A program made the position numbers and the translations under genes. The notes beneath the pieces are model-generated. The model made no database searches. It saw only the letters and a list, made by a program, of their open reading frames with translations, and had not been told where the DNA came from. This document shows, piece after piece, positions 10,998 through 21,718 of a stretch of 64,000 nucleotides of DNA. Source of the DNA: an uncultured Poribacteria bacterium (GTDB lineage: Bacteria; Poribacteria; WGA-4E; WGA-3G); contig OX638351.1 of the NCBI GenBank assembly GCA_951813565.1, positions 4,717,506-4,781,505 of the forward strand. The letters are read 5' to 3'. How positions within the stretch are numbered: the first letter of the stretch is position 1; each line of letters opens with the position of its first letter.

Positions 10998-11285
10998 TTG
11001 TATTGCCTTTATTGCTTTGGATTTTCTATAGTGTATCACATTATCAGGGATGAAAGTCAATTGATTTCTGAAATAGAGTATGACTATTTGGTATTAGGAT
11101 TTTTGCACAAATTTATTGATGAGTCGCGAGCTGGAGCTCGCTCCTACAGGAAGAGTCTTGAGCAGAAGATTGGAAAGGCATTGCCGCTTTAAACTTGTTT
11201 GAAAATTTCAGAGTTTCAGAGTAAAGTGCGAAATGCAGCCACGAAATTGGAATATAAATTTGACGTTAGTAACTTTGCTGCAAAT

Positions 11286-11400
11286 GATAATGAGACTCTT
11301 TATTATGAATTTTAAAAGAAAATGAGTTTCATTATCATTTAATTTTTATGATATTGAGACTCAGTATTACTTTAAATATACGATATTAAGTCTCATTATC
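11286..11400. promoter_or_regulatory. Array of four 19-bp Fur-box-like palindromes at 32-bp period
   Basis: GATAATGAGACTCTTTATT (11286), GAAAATGAGTTTCATTATC (11318), GATATTGAGACTCAGTATT (11350), GATATTAAGTCTCATTATC (11382). Confidence 0.7.
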
Positions 11401-12074
11401 AAGTTTATCGTTGTATTACTGAAACTTACTAATATACTTTTGCTTATTTTTATATATTCTATTTGTGAAACTTTGCAGGTCGTTTGTGAAATTCAATTGA
11501 TTGTTAGAAATATGATAAGGTTTGTTGGTTTTATATCGCTCAAATGCCTCAAATTTCGTTTTTATAGCCATAATTTGGTTTGGCGTAGGAAAATATAGTA
11601 GGTAAGTTCGAATTAATGCTAAGAGAGGCAATTTACAGGTAAATTTGCTTTATGTAATCATCTATACGGAACAATCCTTTATAGGGTGTGTAAAGTTTTT
11701 GTAGAAATCCGCACAACTCCTATTGTAGGGGCGGGTCCCTGTGCCCACCCATTGTTCCATCTTCAAGACATGGCGAGGCACAGAGACCTCGCCCTACAAA
11801 TGATTTATGAGATAGGTTGTAGTAAGGTTACTCTGAAAACTCTAAATTTCTGACTGTTCATAGTCGTACCGTGCAGGATAATTGGAAGGAAGCATGCCGC
11901 TAAATGTGTTTTCACCTTTCATTGCTGATATAAACGGTTGACATAGTTTTGGTTTTATTGTATAATTCTTGATAATATTGTACAAGAATACTATTTCGCA
12001 GCTTATCGGAATGGAGATTGTACTGAGACAGAAGTTATAGCATTTAGAAATCACTGCTCTCAACGCACCTAAAT

Positions 12075-13073
12075 ATGAATGCACTCCGTCTATTCGTTAA
12101 CGGCTTTCTGATAGGCATCGCCAACATTATTCCGGGAATGAGTGGTGGCACGCTCGCTCTTGTTTTAGGAATTTATGAACGCTTAATCACAGCATTACGT
12201 AACATAGGTGCTTCTACTGTTAAGCGGTTGCTCAGCATTTTCACCTTTAGAAAGACTGCATTCTCAGACTTTCAAGATGAATTACGTCGTATTGATTTTA
12301 GTTTCCTGATGATATTAGGCATTGGTGCTGTTGCTGCAGTGTTGATGTCGTCAAAACTGATTGTATATCTATTAGACTCTCACCATGATGCGACTTACGG
12401 TTTCTTTTTCGGCTTGGTTCTGACATCTATTCTGATACCGTTGCGGATGCTAAAGGGATTTGGTTGGCGGGAATTTTTGGTCTTGCTCGTAGCGATTGCG
12501 CTGCTCGTTTTTGCTGAAGAACTCAAAAAATCTGCTGCGGGTTCAACATCAGTTTCAGGTGAAGGTTTAGAAGTATCAATTGGGACACTGGCCATATTTT
12601 TTGGATGTGGCGCACTGGCAATTTCAGCAATGATTCTTCCCGGTGTTAGTGGTTCGTTTCTATTACTTGCATTCGGTGTCTATTTTCCGCTCGTAACAGC
12701 GATTAAGAATTTCATGGAGGATGTTCCGACTTTATTTAAAGGAGACGTAAATCCCTCAATTCTTAGTAACCTGTTGATACTCGCTTTTTTTGCACTCGGT
12801 TGTTTGTTTGGTCTTTTAGCATTCACAAGGTTGCTAAACTTTTTACTGGAACGCTACCGTAATCTAACAATCGCCTTTTTAATAGGGTTAATGGCGGGTT
12901 CTTTATACGGCTTATGGCCATTTCGTGCATCTGTGGCGGTTGGCGAAAAAAGGTATGATACGGCGCACTTGCTTCCACAATTAGACATGAATTTGCTCAT
13001 CACAGTGAGTGTTTTTCTGGTTGGCTGTGTGATAATCTTAGGGTTTTCCCGATTAGAGAAGGAGACGGGATGA
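12075..13073 (+). CDS. DUF368 family membrane protein (undecaprenyl-phosphate translocase family)
   Basis: 'G.ANIIPGMSGGTLALVLGIYERLI' and internal repeat 'AMILPGVSGSFLLL'. Confidence 0.9.
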   Translation: MNALRLFVNGFLIGIANIIPGMSGGTLALVLGIYERLITALRNIGASTVKRLLSIFTFRKTAFSDFQDELRRIDFSFLMILGIGAVAAVLMSSKLIVYLLDSHHDATYGFFFGLVLTSILIPLRMLKGFGWREFLVLLVAIALLVFAEELKKSAAGSTSVSGEGLEVSIGTLAIFFGCGALAISAMILPGVSGSFLLLAFGVYFPLVTAIKNFMEDVPTLFKGDVNPSILSNLLILAFFALGCLFGLLAFTRLLNFLLERYRNLTIAFLIGLMAGSLYGLWPFRASVAVGEKRYDTAHLLPQLDMNLLITVSVFLVGCVIILGFSRLEKETG

Positions 13074-13933
13074 CGAAAAAGGTCGGTTTTTTTGTCAATA
13101 CCACAAAGGAGAAAGCACCCCAAATTGTGGCGGACGTCTCGGAGTTACTAAAGAAAGCAGGTGTCGTTCCATTAGTACCTGATGAACAAGCAAAAGCACT
13201 CGGACTGCCATTAACAGGAATCACCACAACTCAGATGGTAGAAGAGGCTAATGTGATACTCGTCCTTGGTGGGGATGGGACTCTTCTCAGTGCAGCGCAT
13301 ACACCACAGATTGAAAATGTACCGATCCTTGCTATCAATATTGGACACCTTGGGTTTTTGACAGATGCGTCACTGGATGAACTGAAACCGACTTTAAAGG
13401 CAACACTACAAGGGGATTATCGGATAGAGCATCGGATGATGTTAGAGGTTGTTGTGAATAGTCAAAGCCCGCAACCATTCCATGCTTTTGCGCTGAACGA
13501 TGTTGTCATCCGACACTATACACGGCTAATTGAGTTGAACGCTTATGTTGATGGTGAACTGTTTATTCCGTATAATGCAGATGGATTGATAATTGCGACG
13601 CCAAGTGGCTCAACAGGGTATTCGCTCGCGTGTGGTGGAACGATTGTGGCACCCCAATTGGAAGCGATTTTGCTGACACCCATCGCACCGCACAGTCTCA
13701 CCGTGCGCCCCTTTATCGCACACGGGGACGCTAAAATAAAAGTCGAGATGCATTCTACGTATGAACATCTGGATCTATTTATTGATGGACAACGTGAAAC
13801 GCATACCCTTGCAAGGGAAGCTGAGATAAAAGTACAGAAAGCAAAACGAACAATTCAGCTCATCCGATCTCGCAGTCATAGTTACTACAAAGCATTGCGT
13901 GAAAAGTTGATGTTAGGTGAAAGAATCAAATAA
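13070..13933 (+). CDS. nadK: NAD(+) kinase
   Basis: GGDGTLL, GHLGFL, LND, DGLIIATPSGSTGYSLACGG. Confidence 0.95.
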   Translation: MTKKVGFFVNTTKEKAPQIVADVSELLKKAGVVPLVPDEQAKALGLPLTGITTTQMVEEANVILVLGGDGTLLSAAHTPQIENVPILAINIGHLGFLTDASLDELKPTLKATLQGDYRIEHRMMLEVVVNSQSPQPFHAFALNDVVIRHYTRLIELNAYVDGELFIPYNADGLIIATPSGSTGYSLACGGTIVAPQLEAILLTPIAPHSLTVRPFIAHGDAKIKVEMHSTYEHLDLFIDGQRETHTLAREAEIKVQKAKRTIQLIRSRSHSYYKALREKLMLGERIK

Positions 13934-13963
13934 GATATTTTTAGGTTTTTAAAGGAAAAAACC

Positions 13964-15670
13964 GTGATAGAAGCGATCTCTATCCACAACATTGCCCTGA
14001 TAGACGAACTTGAATTGGAACTCTCACCGGGATTGAACATCTTCACAGGTGAGACAGGAGCAGGAAAATCGGTCATCCTCAAATCAATTGGCTTGGTTTT
14101 AGGAGAACGAACTTCTGCCGATATTGTGCGAGAAGGCACCAGCTCTGCGGCTGTGGAAGTCAGTGTTGTGCCGTCATCAGCGCTGCCGACAGATACGGAA
14201 TCGGGTGATACCTTAGTTCTCGCCAGACAAATAAGTGCAAACGGTAGAAGTCGATGTCGTATTAACGGAGAACTGGCAAACTTAAAACAGTTAGAGGAAT
14301 TGGGAACTCTATTGGTTGATATTCATGGGCAACACGAACATCAATCTTTGTTTAGAACCGAAATGCATCTTGAACTATTAGATGATTTTGGAGAGACCGA
14401 CACAGAGCGGCAAAAGGTTAGCGAAAAATATCATCACCTCCTTAATTTGCAACGGGAGATGGATTCACTGATACATACATTGCGAACATCTGAACGCGAA
14501 AAGGAACTGCTTGAATTTGAGGTCCAGGAACTTGCTGCTGCAAACCTGCAAGAAAGTGAAGAGGAAGCACTAACATCTGAAATGCAAGTGCTAAATAATG
14601 CGGAAGAATTGTACGAGTCCGCAAACCTTGTGTATGAACAACTTGACGGTCAAGCGCAAACGGAATTTGGAGGCACAAGTTCTGGCAGTAGCGTTTCAGT
14701 GTTACAAAATTTGAGAGATTCTGCTAAGACTTTTGCAAAGTTGTCTGAAATGGATACAAGTCTTTCGGAATTGAGCGAGCGGATAGATTCATCTTTATAC
14801 GAACTTGAGGATATTGCTTCACAAATTCGGCAGTACGCAGACACTGTGGAGTTTAATCCGGCACGCCTATCAGAAGTGACTGATCGGCTGGAGCTTATCT
14901 CTAAATTCAAAAGGCGATATGGCAACACAATTTCAGAGATGTTAGATTACCAAGTAGAAGCAGAACGTAAGTTAGAGGACTTAGAACTCGGCTCTGAAAA
15001 AATTGATTCACTCAAAGAGCAAATTCGTAAAATGAAACTGGAGGCACAGGAATTGTGTATTGCGTTGTCCGAAAAACGCAAAAAGGTTGCGCAAACGCTT
15101 TCAGCATTAGTTCAGAAGGAGCTTCAGGAACTTGGCATGGAAAAAGCGGAATTTCGGACATTGGTAGAACCTATTCAAGATGAAAATGGTTTTCTTTTGA
15201 TTGATGGAAACCGTTATGCGTGCCGTGAGCACGGTATGGATAAAGTTGAGTTCTTAATTGCGCCTAACGTCGGGTCTGAGTTGCGTCCGTTGGCAAGAAT
15301 CGCATCGGGTGGTGAGATATCGCGTGTCATGCTTGCCCTAAAGACAGTGTTAGTTCAAGTAGACAACATCCCGACTGTGCTTTTTGATGAAATTGACAGC
15401 GGAATAGGCGGTAAAATCGCTGATGTCGTTGGTATGAAATTAAAGGAGCTTTCCCAATCTGCTCAAGTTATCTGCATTACACATTTACCGCAGATTGCAC
15501 GTTTTGCGGATCGTCATTTTCTGGTTGAAAAAGAGGTTGTGAATGAACGAACACTGATTACTGCTAAACCGCTGACAGAAGCTGAACGGGTCACAGAGAT
15601 CGCACGTATGCACGGTGGAAAAGAGACGGAAGTTGGGCTTGCCCATGCGCGAGAATTATTGAGTGGATAA
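13964..15670 (+). CDS. recN: DNA repair protein RecN
   Basis: TGETGAGKS, DIHGQHEHQ, ASGGEISR, FDEIDSG, ITHLPQIA; follows nadK. Confidence 0.97.
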   Translation: MIEAISIHNIALIDELELELSPGLNIFTGETGAGKSVILKSIGLVLGERTSADIVREGTSSAAVEVSVVPSSALPTDTESGDTLVLARQISANGRSRCRINGELANLKQLEELGTLLVDIHGQHEHQSLFRTEMHLELLDDFGETDTERQKVSEKYHHLLNLQREMDSLIHTLRTSEREKELLEFEVQELAAANLQESEEEALTSEMQVLNNAEELYESANLVYEQLDGQAQTEFGGTSSGSSVSVLQNLRDSAKTFAKLSEMDTSLSELSERIDSSLYELEDIASQIRQYADTVEFNPARLSEVTDRLELISKFKRRYGNTISEMLDYQVEAERKLEDLELGSEKIDSLKEQIRKMKLEAQELCIALSEKRKKVAQTLSALVQKELQELGMEKAEFRTLVEPIQDENGFLLIDGNRYACREHGMDKVEFLIAPNVGSELRPLARIASGGEISRVMLALKTVLVQVDNIPTVLFDEIDSGIGGKIADVVGMKLKELSQSAQVICITHLPQIARFADRHFLVEKEVVNERTLITAKPLTEAERVTEIARMHGGKETEVGLAHARELLSG

Positions 15671-15696
15671 TACCATTCAAAGGATCATTATAAACT

Positions 15697-18600
15697 ATGG
15701 ATGAAAGGTTTACACAATCAACTGGCACAAACGTCTATACTGGCTGTGAGTTGCTTGTCAAAGGTTCATTAGAGAGCGGCGTTAGCCTGATGACAGGGTA
15801 TCCCGGTTCACCGCTTGCAGAAGTTTTTGACGTCCTGCAGCGAAATGCGGATCTCCTCAAATCAAATGGGATCGTAGCGCAGATAGCCAATAATGAGGCG
15901 TTGAGCATTGCCCGGTTGAACGGTTCGCAAATGGCGGACATGCGCGCAATCGCATTTATGAAAAGCGTTGGTTTGCACGTTGCGTCTGATGCACTTGCGA
16001 TAAGTAATATGGCGGGGACAACCGGTGGTGCTGTGGTTGTTGTGGGTGATGATACGTGGTCCTATAGCACACAAGTTCCTGCTGATTCTCGTGTTTTAGC
16101 ACGACATCTTTATATGCCCCTTTTAGAGCCATCAACTTGGCAAGAGATGAAAAATTGGATTGATTGTGCATTCGAAATTTCTGCGGATGCAAACCTCTAT
16201 ACCTGCTATTTAACAACTCAGAATCAAGCAGATGGTGGCGGAATTGTTGAACTACATCCCAATTGTAATCCGACTATTAGCCAGATAGCACAAACAGAGT
16301 TGAATACGGAATTAATTTCCATAGATGATCGCGTGGTTTTGCCTCCTGATACTGCTCGTATTGAAGTAGAAACACTCCGTGAAAGGTTTCCTACCGCGCT
16401 TGAAACAGCAAAGCGATTAGGACTCAACGAAATCCTTTATCCTGCAAACAGTAATGGAAATTCAGCGTCAGTTCAAGCGCAACATAGAATTGGATTTGTG
16501 ACATCTGGTTTCAGTTATGTTTATCTGGAACATGCCTTAACTGAACTAAATCTCAGCGGTTCAGTCCCTATCCTCAAACTCGGTCTGACGCACCCGCTTG
16601 ACGAAGATATCCTCTATGAATTTGCACAAGAAATAGATGAACTGTTTGTCATTGAAGAAAAACGCCCTATCCTTGAAAACGAAATCAAGGCATTTCTGAC
16701 GCAGATGTATCAAGAAGGCACTCTGGATAAGTTTATGAAGGTGTGGGGCAAACAGTTCCCTAATGGGTTGTCTGGTATCCCTATAGAGGCAGGATTAGAT
16801 GCATCTATTCTGATTCAACGCTTAATACCGCTCTTTTCAGAAAATGGGCGATTTGCGTCCACTGTTCCGGTAGATGTCCAACTCTTTGAACAAGAAGCAC
16901 AATTACAGCAACAAGTGTCTGAAATCAAGACTGATATTCCAGCACGCACCCCAACTTTCTGTCCCGGATGTCCACACCGAGATTCCTCAAGTGTCCTTCT
17001 CGAAATTACAAATCAATTTATGGATGCCACGTATATGCAAAAGCATCACGATTCACCGCCAGTTGATCTGGTTTTTCACGGAGATATCGGCTGCTATTCA
17101 ATGCTAAAATACGAACCGTTTCCGCGCTTGATGCACAATCTCTCTGCTATGACATTAGGTGGTGGCGCAGGCGCAGGTATTGATCCGTTTATTGTCAATA
17201 AGCAGGTCGTTTTTATGGGGGATTCAACCTTCTTTCACGGTGGTATGTCCGCAATTTCTGATTCCATCAAGAATAATCAAGATATTGCCTATATTATATT
17301 AGACAATCAAACAACGGCAATGACAGGCCACCAACCGACACCTGCAGGCGAAATGGATATCCTCGGCAATCCAACGTTTGCGCAAGACATTGAGACAGTT
17401 GTACAGGGCTTAGCTGGAAATTCTGAAATAACCATTGTACGTGTCAATCCGGAAGATCGGTTGAACTATAAAAAATATCTTGAGAAGGCAATTTTGAGAG
17501 ATGGAGTCAAGATTATCATCGCGGATAAAGAATGTGCGATTACCTTCCACAGACGCCTCCGACGTGAACAACAAACAATAAAAGAGAAAGACGGCTTTTT
17601 AAAGGTCGAAAAACATATTAACATTACATCTGAAGTCTGTGAATTTTGTTTAGAATGTACCAAATCTACGGGATGTCCTGCCCTAAAAATTGTTGATACC
17701 GATTATGGAGACAAAATAGCAATTGATCGTTCTAACTGTGTAACCGATGGTGCTTGTGCGCGGATTAAATGGGCGTGTCCGTCCTTTGAAGAAGTTATCG
17801 TAACACGCAAACGTCCCCCTCGTGCGCAACATATTCAGCAAATTGAGAAGCCAAAACATAAGGACGAAGACTCAGCGGATGTATGGGAAGATTCAGGGCT
17901 ATCTGAATTACTTTCACGACTGAGGATAAACGGAGCCGCCCCTTTACCACCACCACCTCCAAGAACTTTTGACAGAGCATGGAGTGCCTACGCAGCAGGT
18001 GTCGGTGGAATGGGTATCGGAACGATCTCTAAAATACTTGTTGTTGCGGGGTATCTCCAAGGGTATGATGTGCATTTCTGTGATAGAAAGGGGTTAGCGA
18101 TACGAAATGGGGGTGTCTATACACACGTTACTTATACGAATTCTGGTCATAAAATTTCACCGATTATCCCTTACGGCAAAGCGGATCTCGTCTTAGGGCT
18201 TGATATTTTAGAAACGGTTCGGGGCATTTCAGCGGAATCGGTTTTCCGTGTGGCATCAACTGAACGCACTGCTGCCGTTGTCAATACAGCCAAAACAGAG
18301 ACGATGACAACCCTCATTGGGAAAGATAGTTTTGAAACTGATGATTTAGAAGAAACTATTGAACACAATACGAATGCCTATGTTGGTATTAACCTATTTG
18401 ACATCTCGGAACAGTTGTTCGGCACAAAACTTTATGCAAATATCATGCTAATAGGTGTTGCGTTCCAACGAGGCTTGATGCCAATTGAGATGGAACCATT
18501 AAAACTTGCGTTAAAGCAGATGGTCAGGCGTTCCGATTTACAACAGAACCTTAATGCGTTTGAAGTTGGTAGATACCTTGCAGTAAATGAAAATGTTGAT

Positions 18601-19362
18601 AGTACTCTAATTCAACATATATCCGATGTTTCTAAACAGACTTATACTGAGACATTAGCGGAGAAAAGAGGTATTCTAACAGAGAAATTCCGTGGTAAAC
18701 GTCTTGCAGATTCATACCTCGGTTTAGTTGAAAGTATCGTCGAAAAAGTTCGTTTAGATGAGTCAACACATCGTAGTCTTGCACTCTATATCTATGATTT
18801 GATTCAGTTTGAAAATATAAATTATGCGCGGTTATATATTGAAAAAATAGAACAACTCTACGATAAAGACTTTGGCGACTACCGTGCCACAAAATCTGCT
18901 ATTAAATACTTACACAAAGTGATGCTGATTAAAGACGAAGTATATGTTTCACACTTGTTGACAAGTAAAGAAAAATTCGCTCACGATAAGGTCCGTTATA
19001 ATGTTGATGAGAAGAACGGTGATAAAATACGTTATCTTCATCTCAACCGCCCGCATTTCACTGTGATGGGTATTGACATTGAACATGATATTGATACTCG
19101 AAACTGGATGTTGCACTTGATGAAACGAATGAAGTTTCTAAGACGGTGGTTATCGCAGTGGCACGCAAAAGAGAAGGAATTTCGAGATTGGTATATCCAA
19201 GAAGTTATTGATACATTTTCACCAACTGATGAGAACTATGCTAAATATGTAGAAGCATTAGAATGCCCTGAAACCGTTCGGGGTTATAGGGAAATTCGTT
19301 ATCCGACGATGGAAGCGGCGAAACAGAAGGTTGAAAAACTACTTGGACCAGAGGCATCGTAA
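15697..19362 (+). CDS. Fused indolepyruvate/2-oxoacid:ferredoxin oxidoreductase (alpha+beta with C-terminal DUF6537-like region)
   Basis: GYPGSP, FCPGCPH, GDIGC, GDSTFFH, DN..TAMTGHQ, CEFCLEC..TGCP / C.TDGAC ferredoxin, GVGGMGI, KDEVYV, 'RGY.EIR'. Confidence 0.9.
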   Translation: MDERFTQSTGTNVYTGCELLVKGSLESGVSLMTGYPGSPLAEVFDVLQRNADLLKSNGIVAQIANNEALSIARLNGSQMADMRAIAFMKSVGLHVASDALAISNMAGTTGGAVVVVGDDTWSYSTQVPADSRVLARHLYMPLLEPSTWQEMKNWIDCAFEISADANLYTCYLTTQNQADGGGIVELHPNCNPTISQIAQTELNTELISIDDRVVLPPDTARIEVETLRERFPTALETAKRLGLNEILYPANSNGNSASVQAQHRIGFVTSGFSYVYLEHALTELNLSGSVPILKLGLTHPLDEDILYEFAQEIDELFVIEEKRPILENEIKAFLTQMYQEGTLDKFMKVWGKQFPNGLSGIPIEAGLDASILIQRLIPLFSENGRFASTVPVDVQLFEQEAQLQQQVSEIKTDIPARTPTFCPGCPHRDSSSVLLEITNQFMDATYMQKHHDSPPVDLVFHGDIGCYSMLKYEPFPRLMHNLSAMTLGGGAGAGIDPFIVNKQVVFMGDSTFFHGGMSAISDSIKNNQDIAYIILDNQTTAMTGHQPTPAGEMDILGNPTFAQDIETVVQGLAGNSEITIVRVNPEDRLNYKKYLEKAILRDGVKIIIADKECAITFHRRLRREQQTIKEKDGFLKVEKHINITSEVCEFCLECTKSTGCPALKIVDTDYGDKIAIDRSNCVTDGACARIKWACPSFEEVIVTRKRPPRAQHIQQIEKPKHKDEDSADVWEDSGLSELLSRLRINGAAPLPPPPPRTFDRAWSAYAAGVGGMGIGTISKILVVAGYLQGYDVHFCDRKGLAIRNGGVYTHVTYTNSGHKISPIIPYGKADLVLGLDILETVRGISAESVFRVASTERTAAVVNTAKTETMTTLIGKDSFETDDLEETIEHNTNAYVGINLFDISEQLFGTKLYANIMLIGVAFQRGLMPIEMEPLKLALKQMVRRSDLQQNLNAFEVGRYLAVNENVDSTLIQHISDVSKQTYTETLAEKRGILTEKFRGKRLADSYLGLVESIVEKVRLDESTHRSLALYIYDLIQFENINYARLYIEKIEQLYDKDFGDYRATKSAIKYLHKVMLIKDEVYVSHLLTSKEKFAHDKVRYNVDEKNGDKIRYLHLNRPHFTVMGIDIEHDIDTRNWMLHLMKRMKFLRRWLSQWHAKEKEFRDWYIQEVIDTFSPTDENYAKYVEALECPETVRGYREIRYPTMEAAKQKVEKLLGPEAS

Positions 19363-19391
19363 CATGTAGCATCTGTTTTCTGTATAATCGC

Positions 19392-19597
19392 CTATAGGCG
19401 TCAATTTAAGGATAGATTTTCTTGTAGGAGTGAATCAACGCAGCATGCGCGTGTGACATGCTGCGGGTTTGTAACCCCGATTTAATTAGTTTAGGTTCAC
19501 AAAATCGGGGTTATAAACCCCTCCCACAAGAGAATGGTCCGAGGCGCAATGAATTGCGCGACTACAAACGCGTTATTTCTTAAATTGACAGTTATGG
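19392..19597. repeat. MITE-like element (GTCAATTTAAG / CTTAAATTGAC IR) containing REP-like hairpins
   Basis: IR at 19400-19410 / 19579-19589; related ends at 57436-57672. Confidence 0.6.
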
Positions 19598-19661
19598 GTA
19601 AAGCGATGCGATACCCGACCTATGACTTAACTCTTGGTAAGAAAGTTAACATAATAGTTAG

Positions 19662-20540
19662 ATGGACAAGCTGCACACAATCACTGGTCATACAAAAATT
19701 GTTGGTGTAATAGGCGCACCGGTTGAACATAGTCGTTCCCCTCAGATGCATAACGCTGCCCTTGCTAAAGCGGGACTTGATTACATCTATGTTCCGTTTC
19801 ATGTGCCTACTGACGCAGTAGCTGAGGCAATGGGCGGATTTAAGGCACTCAGCGTGGTCGGAATCAATGTCACACTTCCACATAAACAAGCGGTGATTCC
19901 GTTTCTTACATCTATCTCGCGGGAAGCGGAACTCATTGGTGCTGTAAATACGCTTACTTTTACTGATGGAGAGATACACGGTGAGAATACAGACGCTCCG
20001 GGGTTCTTAAGAGCGTTGGAGGAAGCAGGCGCATCAGTACCTGTCGGAAAAGATGTTGTTGTGATCGGTGCAGGTGGATCAGCCCGGGCAGTTGTGGTCG
20101 CTTTGGCACTCGCAAATGCACGTTCTATCGTCATTGCCAACCGAACAGTATCAAAGGCAGTTGCTTTAGCAGAGGAACTTTCTGAAAAGATTAATGTGCA
20201 GGAAGAAACAGGACATAAAACCATATTCAAAGGCATAGGGCTGCAGGATTCACGACTGCCGGATGCAGTGAGTGGTTGTGCATTATTGGTCAATACCGCT
20301 TCATCAAGTATGGACACAACACACCCGCTTTTGATCAACCCGAATTGGCTCCAACCGAGCATAACTGTCTACGATATTGTATACACTCCGCCAATGACAA
20401 CGTTATTAACAGCAGCGGATGAGAAGGGATGTACAATAGTTGGTGGAATTGGTATGTTGGTACATCAGGGCGCAATCGCTTTTGAACGGTGGACAGGTGT
20501 TGAACCGTGTGTAAACACAATGCGAGAAGCCCTATCATAA
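19662..20540 (+). CDS. aroE: Shikimate dehydrogenase
   Basis: HSRSPQMHN, NVTLPHK, GAVNT, NTD, GAGGSARA, NRT, DIVYTP, GMLVHQG. Confidence 0.95.
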   Translation: MDKLHTITGHTKIVGVIGAPVEHSRSPQMHNAALAKAGLDYIYVPFHVPTDAVAEAMGGFKALSVVGINVTLPHKQAVIPFLTSISREAELIGAVNTLTFTDGEIHGENTDAPGFLRALEEAGASVPVGKDVVVIGAGGSARAVVVALALANARSIVIANRTVSKAVALAEELSEKINVQEETGHKTIFKGIGLQDSRLPDAVSGCALLVNTASSSMDTTHPLLINPNWLQPSITVYDIVYTPPMTTLLTAADEKGCTIVGGIGMLVHQGAIAFERWTGVEPCVNTMREALS

Positions 20541-20642
20541 GGAAAAAGATAAGATTTAGCCCATTTCTCTTTTTTCACCAAAGTTATTTTGTAATCCCGA
20601 CGCAACGTCATTAATTTTGAACTCTTTCTGAAAGGAACAGAT

Positions 20643-21002
20643 ATGCAAGACGAACAGCGGACAGATATACAAGACGAAGAGCAGACAGATATACAAGACG
20701 AACAAGGCACAGAGGAAAGAAAAATAATCCCTCCAGAAAATAAAGCTATCCGATTTGTTATTTTGGGTATCCCTTATTCTATTAAGCCGACAGATGAATT
20801 AACCGGTGAGGACATCGACGTTTTGGTTAGTTATGTTAAGCAGCGGATAGAACGTTATATGCAAAAAGGTTACGATCAGACACGAATTCCGATTCTTGTA
20901 GCTTTTGATATAGCGAATGAGTTGCGGGAGTTGCAGAAGTTCTACGAATTACCGATTAACCGTGCTATTGACAAACTTAAGTTTGTCTTGGAACCGGAGT
21001 AG
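20643..21002 (+). CDS. zapA: Cell division protein ZapA-like with N-terminal 8-aa repeats
   Basis: 'ILGIPYSI...IDVLVSYVKQRI...RIPILVAFDIANEL' ZapA pattern. Confidence 0.65.
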   Translation: MQDEQRTDIQDEEQTDIQDEQGTEERKIIPPENKAIRFVILGIPYSIKPTDELTGEDIDVLVSYVKQRIERYMQKGYDQTRIPILVAFDIANELRELQKFYELPINRAIDKLKFVLEPE

Positions 21003-21622
21003 ATTTATTTTTTACAAAAACATTAGCAGGACGGCTGCACAAAATATCGGGAATAAAATGATGTAATATATTTGCTTCAACCAAGGTAGTTTTGGTGCTG
21101 TTTAATCCATACATTCCCTCATGAATTGACTCACAAATTCAACGCGCTGATGAATAGAAAGGAGTGTGTTGAAAAGTTCAAATAATTTCCGAACAGTAGC
21201 GGAATGTTGTTGAATAACGCCAATCCTCCAGTGCTGATATAAACGTTTCCTGTTTGTTGGTCAAGGAAACAGCATAAGGTTGGTTTGGTGTTCAAACCGT
21301 CGAGATACATAACGAAACTCAAAAATTAGATAAAGAAGAAAGAATAATACCAATTCTAAAATACAATGTCCCATTTAACATACTGCAATTTAATGGAATA
21401 TCTATGTAAGAGGCGCAATAAATTGCGCGACTACGAACAGATAATTTGAAAATGAGAAGTTATTTTTAGAAATGGTATAACATTGAACCGATTGAAGAAA
21501 GAATCGGAAAATTTTCATCTTTCGTAGCACGTGAAACCCAGATCTTAGATTTGGGATATAAGTGTTTTTCCCTACTTTAGCCCCGCATCGTCCTATCGAA
21601 AACTATCGTATATCAATTTTTA

Positions 21623-21651
21623 TTGAATTAAACGCGAAATTGTGGTAAACT
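21623..21651 (+). promoter_or_regulatory. Putative sigma70 promoter for the OmpA-domain lipoprotein gene
   Basis: TTGAAT-17 bp-TAAACT with extended -10 TG. Confidence 0.5.
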
Positions 21652-21718
21652 ATTATGACACATATAATGTGGAATCAATATTTACTCAGTTTACGCATCA
21701 ATTTTTGGGAGGAATTCC

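Noticed and set aside
11286..11400. CRISPR-like repeat-spacer array
   Set aside because: Repeats are degenerate 19-mers with 13-bp A/T spacers, and no cas genes are present; it fits an operator array better
21003..21350. 6S RNA expected downstream of zapA; also an SD-like AGAAAGGAG before a ~15-codon ORF ending Cys-Cys (~21165-21212)
   Set aside because: No convincing long 6S hairpin by eye and the ORF is too short to support; needs an Rfam search
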